Assembly (NCBI GenBank): GCA_022842645.1
Contig: JALHPE010000001.1
Location: forward strand, 329,462-393,461
DNA: 64,000 nucleotides
Direction of reading: 5' to 3'
Source of the DNA: Minisyncoccota bacterium
GTDB lineage: Bacteria; Patescibacteriota; Minisyncoccia; Phycocordibacterales; UBA2100
Shown here: one piece after another, positions 1 to 9,249 of the stretch
How the letters are laid out: each line of letters begins with the position of its first letter
Position numbering within the stretch: the stretch's first letter is position 1
Notes under the pieces: generated by a model
Seen by the model: only the letters and a program-made list of their open reading frames with translations
Databases searched by the model: none
What the model was told of the DNA's origin: nothing
Position numbers and translations under genes: made by a program

Positions 1-2
1 CT

Positions 3-302
3 TCGGACGCCACAATCGCAGCGCTCAACGAACTTATTTCAAGCGTTTCAAACAGCGCATCCCAAGCAAACCAACAACAGGCACTCCTTCGTCTCGATAC
101 CCTCGTTGCAAACGGTCAACTCCGTACGGCACAAGACGCCACAAATGCGGCGCAACAGAGAGATAATGTACTCGGCGCACTTGATACCCTAGTTAAAGAT
201 ACTGTAAAAGCATGGGGTGACAGCACCGATCCTAATGTCGGCTGGTGCAACGTCAACAACACCGCAGTGGTCGAGCGATGGTTCAATGCGTGGAGACAAT
301 AA
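3..302 (+). CDS. 3' end (C-terminal ~99 aa) of an upstream gene truncated by the window edge; hypothetical protein
   Basis: Open frame from the window edge to TAA at 300-302 (…VKDTVKAWGDSTDPNVGWCNVNNTAVVERWFNAWRQ*). Ends 8 nt before the next gene. No recognisable family. Confidence 0.3.
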   Translation, partial: SDATIAALNELISSVSNSASQANQQQALLRLDTLVANGQLRTAQDATNAAQQRDNVLGALDTLVKDTVKAWGDSTDPNVGWCNVNNTAVVERWFNAWRQ

Positions 303-310
303 TATAAATT

Positions 311-2356
311 ATGCCTCTTTTACTCAGTTTCCTTCTCCCAACACTAACGTACGGTGCCGCTGCTGTTGCTGTCTATGCATTCGGAGCAACTATTGCGTCG
401 GGGATTATTTGGATTGGAGCAACTATTCTCGGCGTTGTTGCAATGCTTTTTGATACTCTAATTCTTTACACCGTGGTAAATTTTCACACATTCATATACC
501 CAGCGATTCAAGATGGAATAAATATTACCTGGACAGTGGGGCGCGATATTTCAAACATCGTCATTATAGGTGTATTCACATATGTTGGCATTTCAACAAT
601 ACTTGGCGGTCAGTCTTTTGGAGCAAAATCGCTCATGGCGCGAGTACTTATTATTGCAATGTTGATAAATTTTAGTCTTTTCTTCACACAAGCAATCATT
701 TTTACATCCAATTTTGTAGCTTCAAAGTTTTACTACGCGACAGTACCATCGACGACAGGTGCGGCCACTTCTAACACCTCCCTCCCCACAGAAGAAACAC
801 AGGCAGGTATCGCTGGTCGATTTATGGAACTGGCAGGACTACCATCTCTGTCACGGGCAGGAGAAACAACGCAGGCCATACGCGAACAGCATGATTATGG
901 TTTTTGGATGGCTCTCCTTTATGGGTTCTCGGTGTTTACTATGTGCATCGCTTTTGCGGGAGTATTGTTCTACGCCGTCATTTTATTATTAGGACGCACG
1001 GTGCTTTTCCTGATACTCCTTGCCACATCTTCCTTCGCATTTGGCACACACTTAATACCAAAAGTGTCTGACAACTACGGTTGGAGTATGTGGTGGAACA
1101 CGCTCTTTCGTAACGCGATTTTTGCACCAATACTCCTTATTATGTTATGGGGAACCTTTCAAATTGCAGAATCTTTTGTCAAAACCCAAGGGTCAACCAG
1201 GTCGTTTGATAAGCTATTTCTGGGACAAGGGGACGCGTCAGGAATACTCGCATTATTCTTTTATTTCATAGTATTAGGAATGCTTTATGCTTCAATCCGG
1301 CTTTCAAACATGGTTGCAATGCAACTGCCTGGTTTTAAGTGGGCACCAACTATTGCAGCACTCCCACTGACCCTATCCTCACAATATGGTATAGCCCCAG
1401 CAGGACGAAGGTTCTTGGGGCGCCCTGCCCTTGAACGACAAATGGCACTCGAAAAAGAAATAAAGGATGCGAAGGCTTCTGGTAATTGGAGTGCGGCAAT
1501 AAAAGCTCAAGAAAAATACAACGCACTCAACGCCAGAGCTAAAAGCGACTTCAATCCAATGAATGCGAAGTCATCGCAATGGCTTGCTAAACAACTTGGT
1601 GTCTCAGGCTTTACGGGAGCCCAGAAGATTGGGGGCGCGGCAGCTCAACAAAAAGCTGCAATAAAAGAGGCGGTTGAAAATGTCGGAAAACTTAAGCTTA
1701 GCAAGGATGATCTTGGTGATATAAAGAAAAAAGAGGTTGAAAAGGCGCGTCAGGCATCGGAAGTTACTCTAAAAAATGCAGAGAGCGATCGTAAGCTTGC
1801 CGATGAAAAAAGAAAGAATATCGAAGCAGAGCGTCGTCAAATAGAAGAAGATCACAAAAATGAAGAAAAACGTGTGAAGGACACTATGCATAGGGAAGTA
1901 CAAGAAGATCAGCAAATGAAGCAATTGAAGCAGCAGCTTGCCAACGAAACTGATCCAACTGCGCAAAAATCGATACAACAGAATATGAGGCAGAGGCAGA
2001 GTGCGATCGAACAAGAACATGTAGAGACTATGAGAGAGGTTCAGAACAAGATAGAGACAGCGCGTACTGCAGTAAATACGAGATTGGCCGAAGTCCAGGC
2101 CGAATGGGACGCTCATAACTTGGCAGTAAAAGATATAGAATCGAGCATAGAAACTAGCGGCAAGAAGGCAGTAGAAGCTGCAGAAGAAGGATTCAGAGGT
2201 GCCGTAAAAGAAATGTTGCCTTCTGGCTATCAATCCGAGAAAATGGTTAAAAAAGTCGAAGCTGAGATTGGCAGTGCCCGACTAAAAGAAAAGCTCAAAC
2301 TCATGGTTGATGATGTAAAAGGAGATGATGCCAACGAGGAAAAGAAAGCGAAATAA
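311..2356 (+). CDS. TrbL/VirB6-like polytopic membrane protein of a type IV secretion-like system, with a long C-terminal K/E/Q-rich coiled-coil extension
   Basis: 681-aa ORF whose first ~330 aa contain at least 6 hydrophobic helices (e.g. GAAAVAVYAFGATIASGIIWIGATILGVVAMLF, LIIAMLINFSLFFTQAIIFT, FAGVLFYAVILLLGRTVLFLILLATSSFAF). The C-terminal ~330 aa are low-complexity and charged with heptad-like periodicity (KEIKDAKAS…EEDHKNEEKRVKD…). It is the first gene of an operon containing a VirB4 ATPase and a VirB2-like pilin. Confidence 0.45.
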   Translation: MPLLLSFLLPTLTYGAAAVAVYAFGATIASGIIWIGATILGVVAMLFDTLILYTVVNFHTFIYPAIQDGINITWTVGRDISNIVIIGVFTYVGISTILGGQSFGAKSLMARVLIIAMLINFSLFFTQAIIFTSNFVASKFYYATVPSTTGAATSNTSLPTEETQAGIAGRFMELAGLPSLSRAGETTQAIREQHDYGFWMALLYGFSVFTMCIAFAGVLFYAVILLLGRTVLFLILLATSSFAFGTHLIPKVSDNYGWSMWWNTLFRNAIFAPILLIMLWGTFQIAESFVKTQGSTRSFDKLFLGQGDASGILALFFYFIVLGMLYASIRLSNMVAMQLPGFKWAPTIAALPLTLSSQYGIAPAGRRFLGRPALERQMALEKEIKDAKASGNWSAAIKAQEKYNALNARAKSDFNPMNAKSSQWLAKQLGVSGFTGAQKIGGAAAQQKAAIKEAVENVGKLKLSKDDLGDIKKKEVEKARQASEVTLKNAESDRKLADEKRKNIEAERRQIEEDHKNEEKRVKDTMHREVQEDQQMKQLKQQLANETDPTAQKSIQQNMRQRQSAIEQEHVETMREVQNKIETARTAVNTRLAEVQAEWDAHNLAVKDIESSIETSGKKAVEAAEEGFRGAVKEMLPSGYQSEKMVKKVEAEIGSARLKEKLKLMVDDVKGDDANEEKKAK

Positions 2357-2359
2357 TAT

Positions 2360-2911
2360 ATGGCAGAACTTACTCTTGATGAAGAACTACGTTCACGATT
2401 CGCACAGTTACCAAAAGTTGTACAGGCTGCCATAACCTCTGCGGAAGTCGAACAACATCTTCGAGTGCTGGCAACAACATATAAACTGCACCTTGACCAG
2501 TGGCAAGTTCTAGAAAATCAAGTAATTCTTGCTCTACTAGGAGCACTGCCGGTGCGCGAATTACCCGAAAGAATATCAAAAACTGTCGGCGTGGACAAAA
2601 AATTAGCATCTGTTCTTGCAAACGACATTTCGCAAACAGTGTTCGAACCCATCCGCCAAGAGCTCGAGCGACAGCTTGAACACCCAGACGCACAAGAGAA
2701 ACAACTCACTGGGACTGAAGCTGCACGCGAACAACTTATCGGGGCTGAAAAAAAAGACTCTGCTCCTGTCGCACCTCCTCCTACACCACCCACACCCACA
2801 GTCGAAGCGGCTATCGCGCGCGCGCCAGCTTCCGGTGCCTACAAGCCTGGCGAGGCATCGGCGGTGCGAAAATCGGTTGTTGACGACCCGTATCGTGAAT
2901 TGCCACAGTAA
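2360..2911 (+). CDS. hypothetical protein in the T4SS-like operon, with a proline-rich PPPTPPTPT linker
   Basis: 183-aa ORF starting 4 nt after the previous stop. No recognisable motif. Pro/Thr linker near the C-terminus. Confidence 0.4.
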   Translation: MAELTLDEELRSRFAQLPKVVQAAITSAEVEQHLRVLATTYKLHLDQWQVLENQVILALLGALPVRELPERISKTVGVDKKLASVLANDISQTVFEPIRQELERQLEHPDAQEKQLTGTEAAREQLIGAEKKDSAPVAPPPTPPTPTVEAAIARAPASGAYKPGEASAVRKSVVDDPYRELPQ

Positions 2912-2937
2912 GAGCCTAATTCGTTGCTATAATCGGA

Positions 2938-3444
2938 GTGATGCAATTCCAAGTACCTCAGTTCATCGAGGTCGAGGATAAAATCTTCGGACCCCTTACC
3001 TTCAAGCAATTCGTCTACGTTGCTGGAGGACTCGGCATTGCCTATATTCTCTGGCGTGCGCTCCCCACATTCCTAGCGGCACCACTTGGCCTTGCCTTCG
3101 CCGGGCTTGGGGTAGCGCTCGCTTTTGTGCAGTACAACGGGCAACCATTTATTGTTGCCGTAGAGCACGCTTTCTTCTATCTTCTGCGCGGGAAACTCTA
3201 CCTCTGGAACAATGAACAGGCAGTAGCACGTGCTAAAAAAACAACACAAGAAGTCAAACTTCCTGCAGAAGCTCCTTATATTCCACGACTTTCTGATAGT
3301 AAGCTCCACGAGCTTTCCTGGAGCCTCGACATCAATGAACGCATTGCTTCGGGTACCACAAGCGGGGAAGAAAGAGTCGCACGAAGTCCAATTGATGACC
3401 TCGTGGCCCCCGTACGCACGCCGCGCAATGCTATTCCTCGATAA
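2938..3444 (+). CDS. PrgI/VirB3-like small membrane protein of the T4SS
   Basis: The N-terminus EVEDKIFGPLTFKQFVYVAGGLGIAYILW followed by a second hydrophobic helix (LGLAFAGLGVALAFV) matches the PrgI-family pattern (K-I-x-G-x-L-T-x-R/K-Q plus two TM helices). The gene sits immediately upstream of VirB4, as PrgI does relative to PrgJ in Gram-positive conjugation systems. Confidence 0.5.
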   Translation: MMQFQVPQFIEVEDKIFGPLTFKQFVYVAGGLGIAYILWRALPTFLAAPLGLAFAGLGVALAFVQYNGQPFIVAVEHAFFYLLRGKLYLWNNEQAVARAKKTTQEVKLPAEAPYIPRLSDSKLHELSWSLDINERIASGTTSGEERVARSPIDDLVAPVRTPRNAIPR

Positions 3445-3447
3445 TCT

Positions 3448-4110
3448 ATGCCCGAAGCATCCACCATTCGTTCGCAAAACCGCTCCACCCAAGAGTTTGT
3501 TCCTATTTCCGAGGTGCGCGACGGTGTAATTGTGCTCAAGGATGGAAGCCTGCGCGCAATCCTTCTCGCCTCGTCTATCAACTTTGCCCTTAAGTCAGAG
3601 GATGAACAAACGGCGTTCATCGTGCAATTCCAAAACTTCCTGAATTCACTTGATTTCTCGACTCAGATTTTCATTGAATCCCGCATGCTTGATATTCGTC
3701 CCTATATTGCGACGCTTGAGGTGGCCTACAAAAGCCAAATGGACGATCTTATGCGCATACAGATTCGTGAATACATCGAATTCATCAAGAGTTTCACCGA
3801 AGCGGCAAACATCATGACGAAAAATTTCTTTGTGGTGGTTCCCTATAACCCCTCATCCCTACCTGCTCTCACCGGAAGTGGTGCAAGTAAATTGTTTGGG
3901 AAAAAGGGAACGGCTTCTGTGGCGGAGGCAAATCGCACTTTTGAAGAAAAAGTATCTCAGCTTGAACAACGTATTGCAATCGTCCAACAAGGCCTCGTGC
4001 GTTGTGGTGTGCGCACCGTGCAGCTCGGTACCGAGGAGGCGATTGAGCTCTTCTACAAACTCTTTAACCCTGGCGAGGAAGGGAAGCCGATGTCACTCAA
4101 CAATGAATAG
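3448..4110 (+). CDS. VirB4 N-terminal-domain-like protein (separate ORF; possible split VirB4)
   Basis: 220-aa ORF starting 3 nt after the PrgI-like gene and ending 56 nt before the VirB4 ATPase ORF, in a different frame. Its size plus the 660-aa ATPase ORF approximates a full-length VirB4/TrbE (~800-880 aa). No ATPase motifs of its own. Confidence 0.4.
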   Translation: MPEASTIRSQNRSTQEFVPISEVRDGVIVLKDGSLRAILLASSINFALKSEDEQTAFIVQFQNFLNSLDFSTQIFIESRMLDIRPYIATLEVAYKSQMDDLMRIQIREYIEFIKSFTEAANIMTKNFFVVVPYNPSSLPALTGSGASKLFGKKGTASVAEANRTFEEKVSQLEQRIAIVQQGLVRCGVRTVQLGTEEAIELFYKLFNPGEEGKPMSLNNE

Positions 4111-4166
4111 GAGTCAAGCTGCGAGCTTATAGGAAAAGCATAGTAGAATAAAGCTTACGGCGTTGG

Positions 4167-6149
4167 TTGTTACCATGTTGCCGCCTGACGCTTGAACCTA
4201 TGGGTATATTCGATCTTTTTTCAAAAAAAGGGGCGGAGCCGGCAGCGGTCTTGCCAGTCTTGCCAGAAGAGATCTATCGCACAGGGGTGCTTGGGCTTCA
4301 AGACGTGATTGCGCCGCACGCGCTTAAGATCAACTCACGCGAACTTGACCTCGGCGAGAAAATTGCACGCACCTTTTTTGTTATTTCGTATCCGCGCTTT
4401 CTCACGACGGGTTGGTTTGCTCCTATCATCAACCTCGACAAGGTTATTGATGTTTCGATTTTCGTCCACCCGATGGACACCAACGAAATGCTGCGTAAAT
4501 TCCAAAAGAAAGTAGCTGAGGTGCAATCTCAAATTTCAACACGAGAAGAAAAAGGTATGGTGCGCGACCCGGTTCTCGACACTGCGTATCAAGACCTTGA
4601 AAAACTCCGCGACTCTCTCCAGCAAGCACAAGAACGCATCTTCGAAGTGGGTCTCTACCTCACCATCTATGGCAATTCACGAGAGGAAATAGATAAAACA
4701 GAGAGCGAAATTCGCTCCATTCTCGAATCCCGCCTCGTTTACATTCGCCCAGCGCTTTTCCAGCAGGAACAAGGTTTTCGTTCGGTTATTCCACTTGCAA
4801 CGGATGAACTTGGTGTCCACACCAAACTCAATTCCGCACCACTCTCATCCATTTTCCCGTTCATTTCCTTCGACCTTACATCCGACCGCGGCATCCTTTA
4901 CGGCATCAATCGTCATAACTCCTCACTTATCCTCTTCGATCGTTTCTCGCTCGAAAACTACAATTCGGTCACGTTCGCAAAATCTGGTTCTGGTAAAAGC
5001 TACACAACGAAGCTCGAAATCCTGCGCTCGCTAATGTTCGATACGGAGGTTATCGTCATCGACCCCGAGCGTGAGTACGAATACCTTGCAGAAACCGTGG
5101 GTGGGCGGTACTTCAATATTTCTCTCTCATCTGAACACCACATCAATCCTTTTGACCTCCCAATTCCACGCGAAGACGAGTCGCCAGGCGATGTCTTGCG
5201 CAACAACATCATCACGCTCGTCGGCCTCTTCCGCATCATGCTCGGAGGACTTACTCCAGAGGAAGATGCGGTGATCGACAAAGCAATCACCGAAACCTAC
5301 GCTCTCAAGGACATCACGGCGGATGCAAATTTTGCCTCTATTGAGCCACCACTCCTTTCCGACTTCGAACTAGTGCTCTCCGGCATGGAGGGCTCGGAGT
5401 CTCTCGTCGCGCGCCTCTCGAAATACACCAAAGGCACGTGGTCGGGCTTCATGAACCGCCCGACAAACGTCGACATGAATAAAAAGCTTATTGTCTTTTC
5501 CGTCCGCGACATGGAAGACGATTTGAAGCCTGTCGCGATGTATATCATTACCCACCACATTTGGAATGCCGTACGCAAGGAACTTCGCAAGCGCCTCCTC
5601 GTCATCGACGAGGCATGGTGGATGATGAAATCTGAAGACACGGCATCCTTCCTCTTTGGAATAGCAAAACGTGGCCGTAAATACTACCTTGGACTCTCGA
5701 CGATTACCCAAGACGTAAACGACTTTCTCACCTCTCCCTATGGCGCAGCAATGATTACTAACTCGTCTATCCAACTCCTCCTGCGTCAATCACCTACATC
5801 CGTCGATCTCGTGCAAAGCACCTTTAAACTTTCTGACGAAGAAAAGTATCTCTTGCTCGAATCTGATGTGGGGGAGGGTATCTTCTTTGCAGGACTTAAA
5901 CATGTCGCGATTAAAGTCATTGCATCGTATACAGAAGACCAGATTATTACATCTGATCCATCACAAATTCTTGCGATAAAGAAAGCAAAACAGGAACTCG
6001 TTGCTTCACAGGAAGTGCCGAGCACTCCGGTGAGTCAAGAGGCGCGTGGTGCAGCGGCTGATATTCTGAAAAATGCAGAACTCAAGAGCGCAAGCGGAAC
6101 ACCGCAAGAGGCTCCAAGCGAACCCCCACTTCCGCCGGGTATAGTATGA
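4167..6149 (+). CDS. virB4: VirB4/TrbE/CagE-family type IV secretion ATPase (ATPase domain)
   Basis: Walker A FAKSGSGKSYTT, Walker B LLVIDEAWWMM, and the conserved downstream GRKYYLGLSTITQ typical of VirB4/TraC ATPases. The probable true start is MGIFDLFSKKG at 4200. Confidence 0.8.
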   Translation: MLPCCRLTLEPMGIFDLFSKKGAEPAAVLPVLPEEIYRTGVLGLQDVIAPHALKINSRELDLGEKIARTFFVISYPRFLTTGWFAPIINLDKVIDVSIFVHPMDTNEMLRKFQKKVAEVQSQISTREEKGMVRDPVLDTAYQDLEKLRDSLQQAQERIFEVGLYLTIYGNSREEIDKTESEIRSILESRLVYIRPALFQQEQGFRSVIPLATDELGVHTKLNSAPLSSIFPFISFDLTSDRGILYGINRHNSSLILFDRFSLENYNSVTFAKSGSGKSYTTKLEILRSLMFDTEVIVIDPEREYEYLAETVGGRYFNISLSSEHHINPFDLPIPREDESPGDVLRNNIITLVGLFRIMLGGLTPEEDAVIDKAITETYALKDITADANFASIEPPLLSDFELVLSGMEGSESLVARLSKYTKGTWSGFMNRPTNVDMNKKLIVFSVRDMEDDLKPVAMYIITHHIWNAVRKELRKRLLVIDEAWWMMKSEDTASFLFGIAKRGRKYYLGLSTITQDVNDFLTSPYGAAMITNSSIQLLLRQSPTSVDLVQSTFKLSDEEKYLLLESDVGEGIFFAGLKHVAIKVIASYTEDQIITSDPSQILAIKKAKQELVASQEVPSTPVSQEARGAAADILKNAELKSASGTPQEAPSEPPLPPGIV

Positions 6150-7150
6150 GACTTCTTATAGTACTCATACTTCTGTGTGCACTTCCTGTTCACGGGCAGT
6201 CATTCGTAACTGGCGTCGAACGCGAATTATCGCTTTCGATGAACCCCGAGCATCCAAGCGCAGGAGAGCGTGTGCGTTTTTCCCTCGAAGGATATGCGGT
6301 TGATGTCGATCGAAGCATGATTGTATGGTATGTGAATGGCAAAGAAGTGGCGCGTGGTGCGGGGCTCAAAGACTTTGAAAGAGACGCTCCTCGACTTGGT
6401 AGCGAAGAGACTATTCGCGCCGTGGCAGAGGAGGTTTCAGGAATTATTGGTGTTGGAACAGCACTACTTCGACCCGGTGAGGTAACACTGCTCTGGGAAG
6501 CGCAGTCTTATACTCATCCTTTTTATAGAGGTCGCGCGCTTCCAGGTTCACAGAGCACCATTCGCGCCCATGCATTCACTGACTTACGGCGCGGCACGGC
6601 CCGTATTGCAGAAAACGATATTATTTTTTCGTGGTATCGAGATGGTGCCCGATTCTCATCGGGTCGCGGCCTCTCCTCGGTCTCATTCCAGGGCCCCACA
6701 CTCTTCGATAGTGACCGAATTGGGGTTGTGGCAGAGTCGCTTGATGGCACAATCTCTGCACGATCTGAGACGTCTCTGCGTGGCGAAGACGCAAAACTCG
6801 AACTCTACGAACATCATCCTCTGTTTGGCACGCTCTATCATCGCGCGTTCGTAGGAACCGTACTAAACCTTGAGGAGGAGCAGAAAGTCGCTACAGTGCC
6901 ATTCTTCGCCCCCGTCACGCCGCGCGATCCTTCGCTTGTGTATGAGTGGGCAGCAGGAGGAGTAACTACATCTCCCGATCCTCAAACACCTGAGATACTC
7001 ACACTCCGTCGGGAAGGAGAGTTTAATGGGGTAATTACACTTGCACTAACACTCTCGAGTCTCTCCGACATATTCCTGAAAGCAACAAACACCTGGAGTA
7101 TTCAGTACGCCCCGGAGACGAACTTCTCAAATCCCTTCTTGTCACTATGA
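6146..7150 (+). CDS. secreted hypothetical protein (signal peptide) in the T4SS-like operon
   Basis: N-terminal MRLLIVLILLCALPVHGQS signal-like sequence. ATGA overlap with the virB4 stop. No family recognised. Confidence 0.5.
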   Translation: MRLLIVLILLCALPVHGQSFVTGVERELSLSMNPEHPSAGERVRFSLEGYAVDVDRSMIVWYVNGKEVARGAGLKDFERDAPRLGSEETIRAVAEEVSGIIGVGTALLRPGEVTLLWEAQSYTHPFYRGRALPGSQSTIRAHAFTDLRRGTARIAENDIIFSWYRDGARFSSGRGLSSVSFQGPTLFDSDRIGVVAESLDGTISARSETSLRGEDAKLELYEHHPLFGTLYHRAFVGTVLNLEEEQKVATVPFFAPVTPRDPSLVYEWAAGGVTTSPDPQTPEILTLRREGEFNGVITLALTLSSLSDIFLKATNTWSIQYAPETNFSNPFLSL

Positions 7151-8364
7151 ACCTCTCTGAGCATCAAGATACATTTCGCATTATTGGCATAACCGCCGCC
7201 GCCTTCCTTATCTTGGGACTGGGCGGTTGGTATATTTTTCTATCTCGCAGTGAGGCAAATCTTGAATCGATTGGAGAATCGCGTGGTTTTTCAGTGGGAA
7301 TTCCTTCGTTTTCTGGAAGTCGTGGCTCGACGATTGAAAATCTCGTACAAGGACTTGCGCCACGTGGCGCAGAACCTATAGGAACCTCAACGAATATACG
7401 CCCACCGCGCCTCTTTCAGGTCAGTCAAACACCTGTTGCGGGCGCGGCGTTTATTGTAAACGGAAGCACCACTCTGATTCGTTTTGTTGAACGCTCAAAT
7501 GGACATGTGTTTGATGCAAATCTTGAAACAGGAGAAGTGATCCGGCGCACGAACACTTCACTCGGCACCATATACGAAGCACATGTTGGTAGTGGAGAGG
7601 CGTTCTTGCTCCGCACACTTGATGACGAGGGGGATGTGCGCACACTGTTCGCAACTTTTGGTACTACAACTGAAAATGATCTGCGCGACCTCGAAACGCG
7701 TGATGTGGGCCCCACCCACGGAGTAGCGTTTCGGGGAGAGACACCGCTTTTCCTTTTCGGAAATGGTGGCAGTCGTCTCGTGGCCTCCTCAACTAACAAG
7801 GAGGAGTTGTTATTTTCATCATCGCTTCAGGGATGGCACATCGTGCGCACAAGCCCCCTTGTCGTTGCTGAGCGTCCCGCACATGGCATACTAGGCAGTG
7901 CATTCAGGGTCTTTTCGCCCTCGAGAATCGAAAGAATAGCAACTGAACGAGGACTTACTATTGCGGCGCATCCACAGAGCGAAGCCTATCTCATAGGGAC
8001 AGCGGGGGAGAGTATGGCACTTTTTGCACAAACATCAGCCACGACAACTCGCGCACTACTTGATATTAAAACGATTGCCGACAAATGTGCATGGGCTCCT
8101 GGCCGATCACTCACCGCCTATTGTGCGGTTCCGCAAGATGAGACTCCAGGAGGCTTCCTTGACCTCTGGTACCGAGGCGCGGTGCATACTAACGATCATT
8201 GGTTTACTGTTGAGTCGGGTTCAGGCACAACTGAGCGCTTATTTGCACCTGAAGGAGACCTTATACTTGATGTTGAAAATCCGCATATAGACGAGAGTGC
8301 ACGATACATTCTTTTTATGAACGCCCGCGATAAATCATTATGGACACTCCGTATTTATGAATAA
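7147..8364 (+). CDS. membrane-anchored hypothetical protein in the T4SS-like operon
   Basis: N-terminal TM anchor ITAAAFLILGLGGWYIFL. 4-nt overlap with the upstream gene. Predicted extracytoplasmic beta-rich body. Confidence 0.5.
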   Translation: MNLSEHQDTFRIIGITAAAFLILGLGGWYIFLSRSEANLESIGESRGFSVGIPSFSGSRGSTIENLVQGLAPRGAEPIGTSTNIRPPRLFQVSQTPVAGAAFIVNGSTTLIRFVERSNGHVFDANLETGEVIRRTNTSLGTIYEAHVGSGEAFLLRTLDDEGDVRTLFATFGTTTENDLRDLETRDVGPTHGVAFRGETPLFLFGNGGSRLVASSTNKEELLFSSSLQGWHIVRTSPLVVAERPAHGILGSAFRVFSPSRIERIATERGLTIAAHPQSEAYLIGTAGESMALFAQTSATTTRALLDIKTIADKCAWAPGRSLTAYCAVPQDETPGGFLDLWYRGAVHTNDHWFTVESGSGTTERLFAPEGDLILDVENPHIDESARYILFMNARDKSLWTLRIYE

Positions 8365-8749
8365 GATCGCTCAAGCCACCCCATTTGAAGGAGGTTTCGC
8401 AATCGGCAGACAGGGTGAGGCGCAACAAGTTCAACCCCTTGGACAATTGTTCGATCCCAACTCTTCACTGGCAGATTTCTTCCAAGCGCTTTTCTACACG
8501 GCGATCGCCGTCGGCGCGACCCTTGCGGTCTTACGCCTTGGCTATGCTGGGTTTCTCTACATGGGAGGTGATTCCTTTGGAAAAATCACGGAAGCAAAGA
8601 GAATTATGCAGGACGTTGTGCTCGGACTCCTCCTTCTCCTTGCGGTCTATGTAATCTTGAATCAAATCAACCCAGATATTCTGAATCTTGATATTCTGCG
8701 AAGTATCCCAACCCAGGAGGGGGCCCCAACAAACACGTTTACACAGTAG
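8357..8749 (+). CDS. VirB2/TrbC-like T4SS pilin candidate
   Basis: 130-aa protein with two hydrophobic helices (FFQALFYTAIAVGATLAVLRLGYAGFLYM and VVLGLLLLLAVYVILN) separated by a short loop, the classic VirB2/TrbC pilin architecture. It is the last gene of the T4SS-like operon and overlaps the previous gene by 8 nt. Confidence 0.45.
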   Translation: MNKIAQATPFEGGFAIGRQGEAQQVQPLGQLFDPNSSLADFFQALFYTAIAVGATLAVLRLGYAGFLYMGGDSFGKITEAKRIMQDVVLGLLLLLAVYVILNQINPDILNLDILRSIPTQEGAPTNTFTQ

Positions 8750-9212
8750 TCTCGCTGCTGTAGCGAATAACCACGCGGCGGGAACGACCCTCGCCGTGCG
8801 ATTCGGTCTTAACATTCGGCGCGTTTTGGAGCGTGGTGTGTACAATGAGACGCTCATACGCACTCATAGGGGAGAGTTCGACGTCATACTGAAACGAACG
8901 CGCACGCTCTGCCATCATAAGCGCCTTTGTTTGAAGGTCCCGAATTTGGCGTGCCCTATAGTCGTTTACATCTACGAGAAAATGGGGTTCCTCTCCTGTT
9001 TGCCCCGCCTTCATGCGAGCGTGCTCAACAATACGCTTGAGAAGAAAATCGAGCGCATGCACAGTGTCTCCGTGCGTACCAATAAGCGCCTTACCGTCGG
9101 GTACAGTGATAGAGAGCACCGTCTGTCCGACGATGTCCTGCTCTTTAACCTCAGTGTAGGTAACCCCGATAGTATCTAGGATCGTGCGGAGGATTTCTAG
9201 AGGGGGCTGCAT
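8739..9212 (-). CDS. jag: Jag/KhpB RNA-binding protein (KH + R3H domains)
   Basis: KH-like IVGQTVLSITVPDGKALIGTHGDTVHALDFLLKRIV and R3H-like SAYERLIVHTTLQNAPNVKTESHGEGRSRRVVIRY. Lies downstream of yidC as in the conserved rpmH-rnpA-yidC-jag cluster. Confidence 0.8.
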   Translation of the reverse strand: MQPPLEILRTILDTIGVTYTEVKEQDIVGQTVLSITVPDGKALIGTHGDTVHALDFLLKRIVEHARMKAGQTGEEPHFLVDVNDYRARQIRDLQTKALMMAERARSFQYDVELSPMSAYERLIVHTTLQNAPNVKTESHGEGRSRRVVIRYSSETTV

Positions 9213-9249
9213 ATCCTCCTTGTATCATAATTCGCCCTCCTTACCAAAT

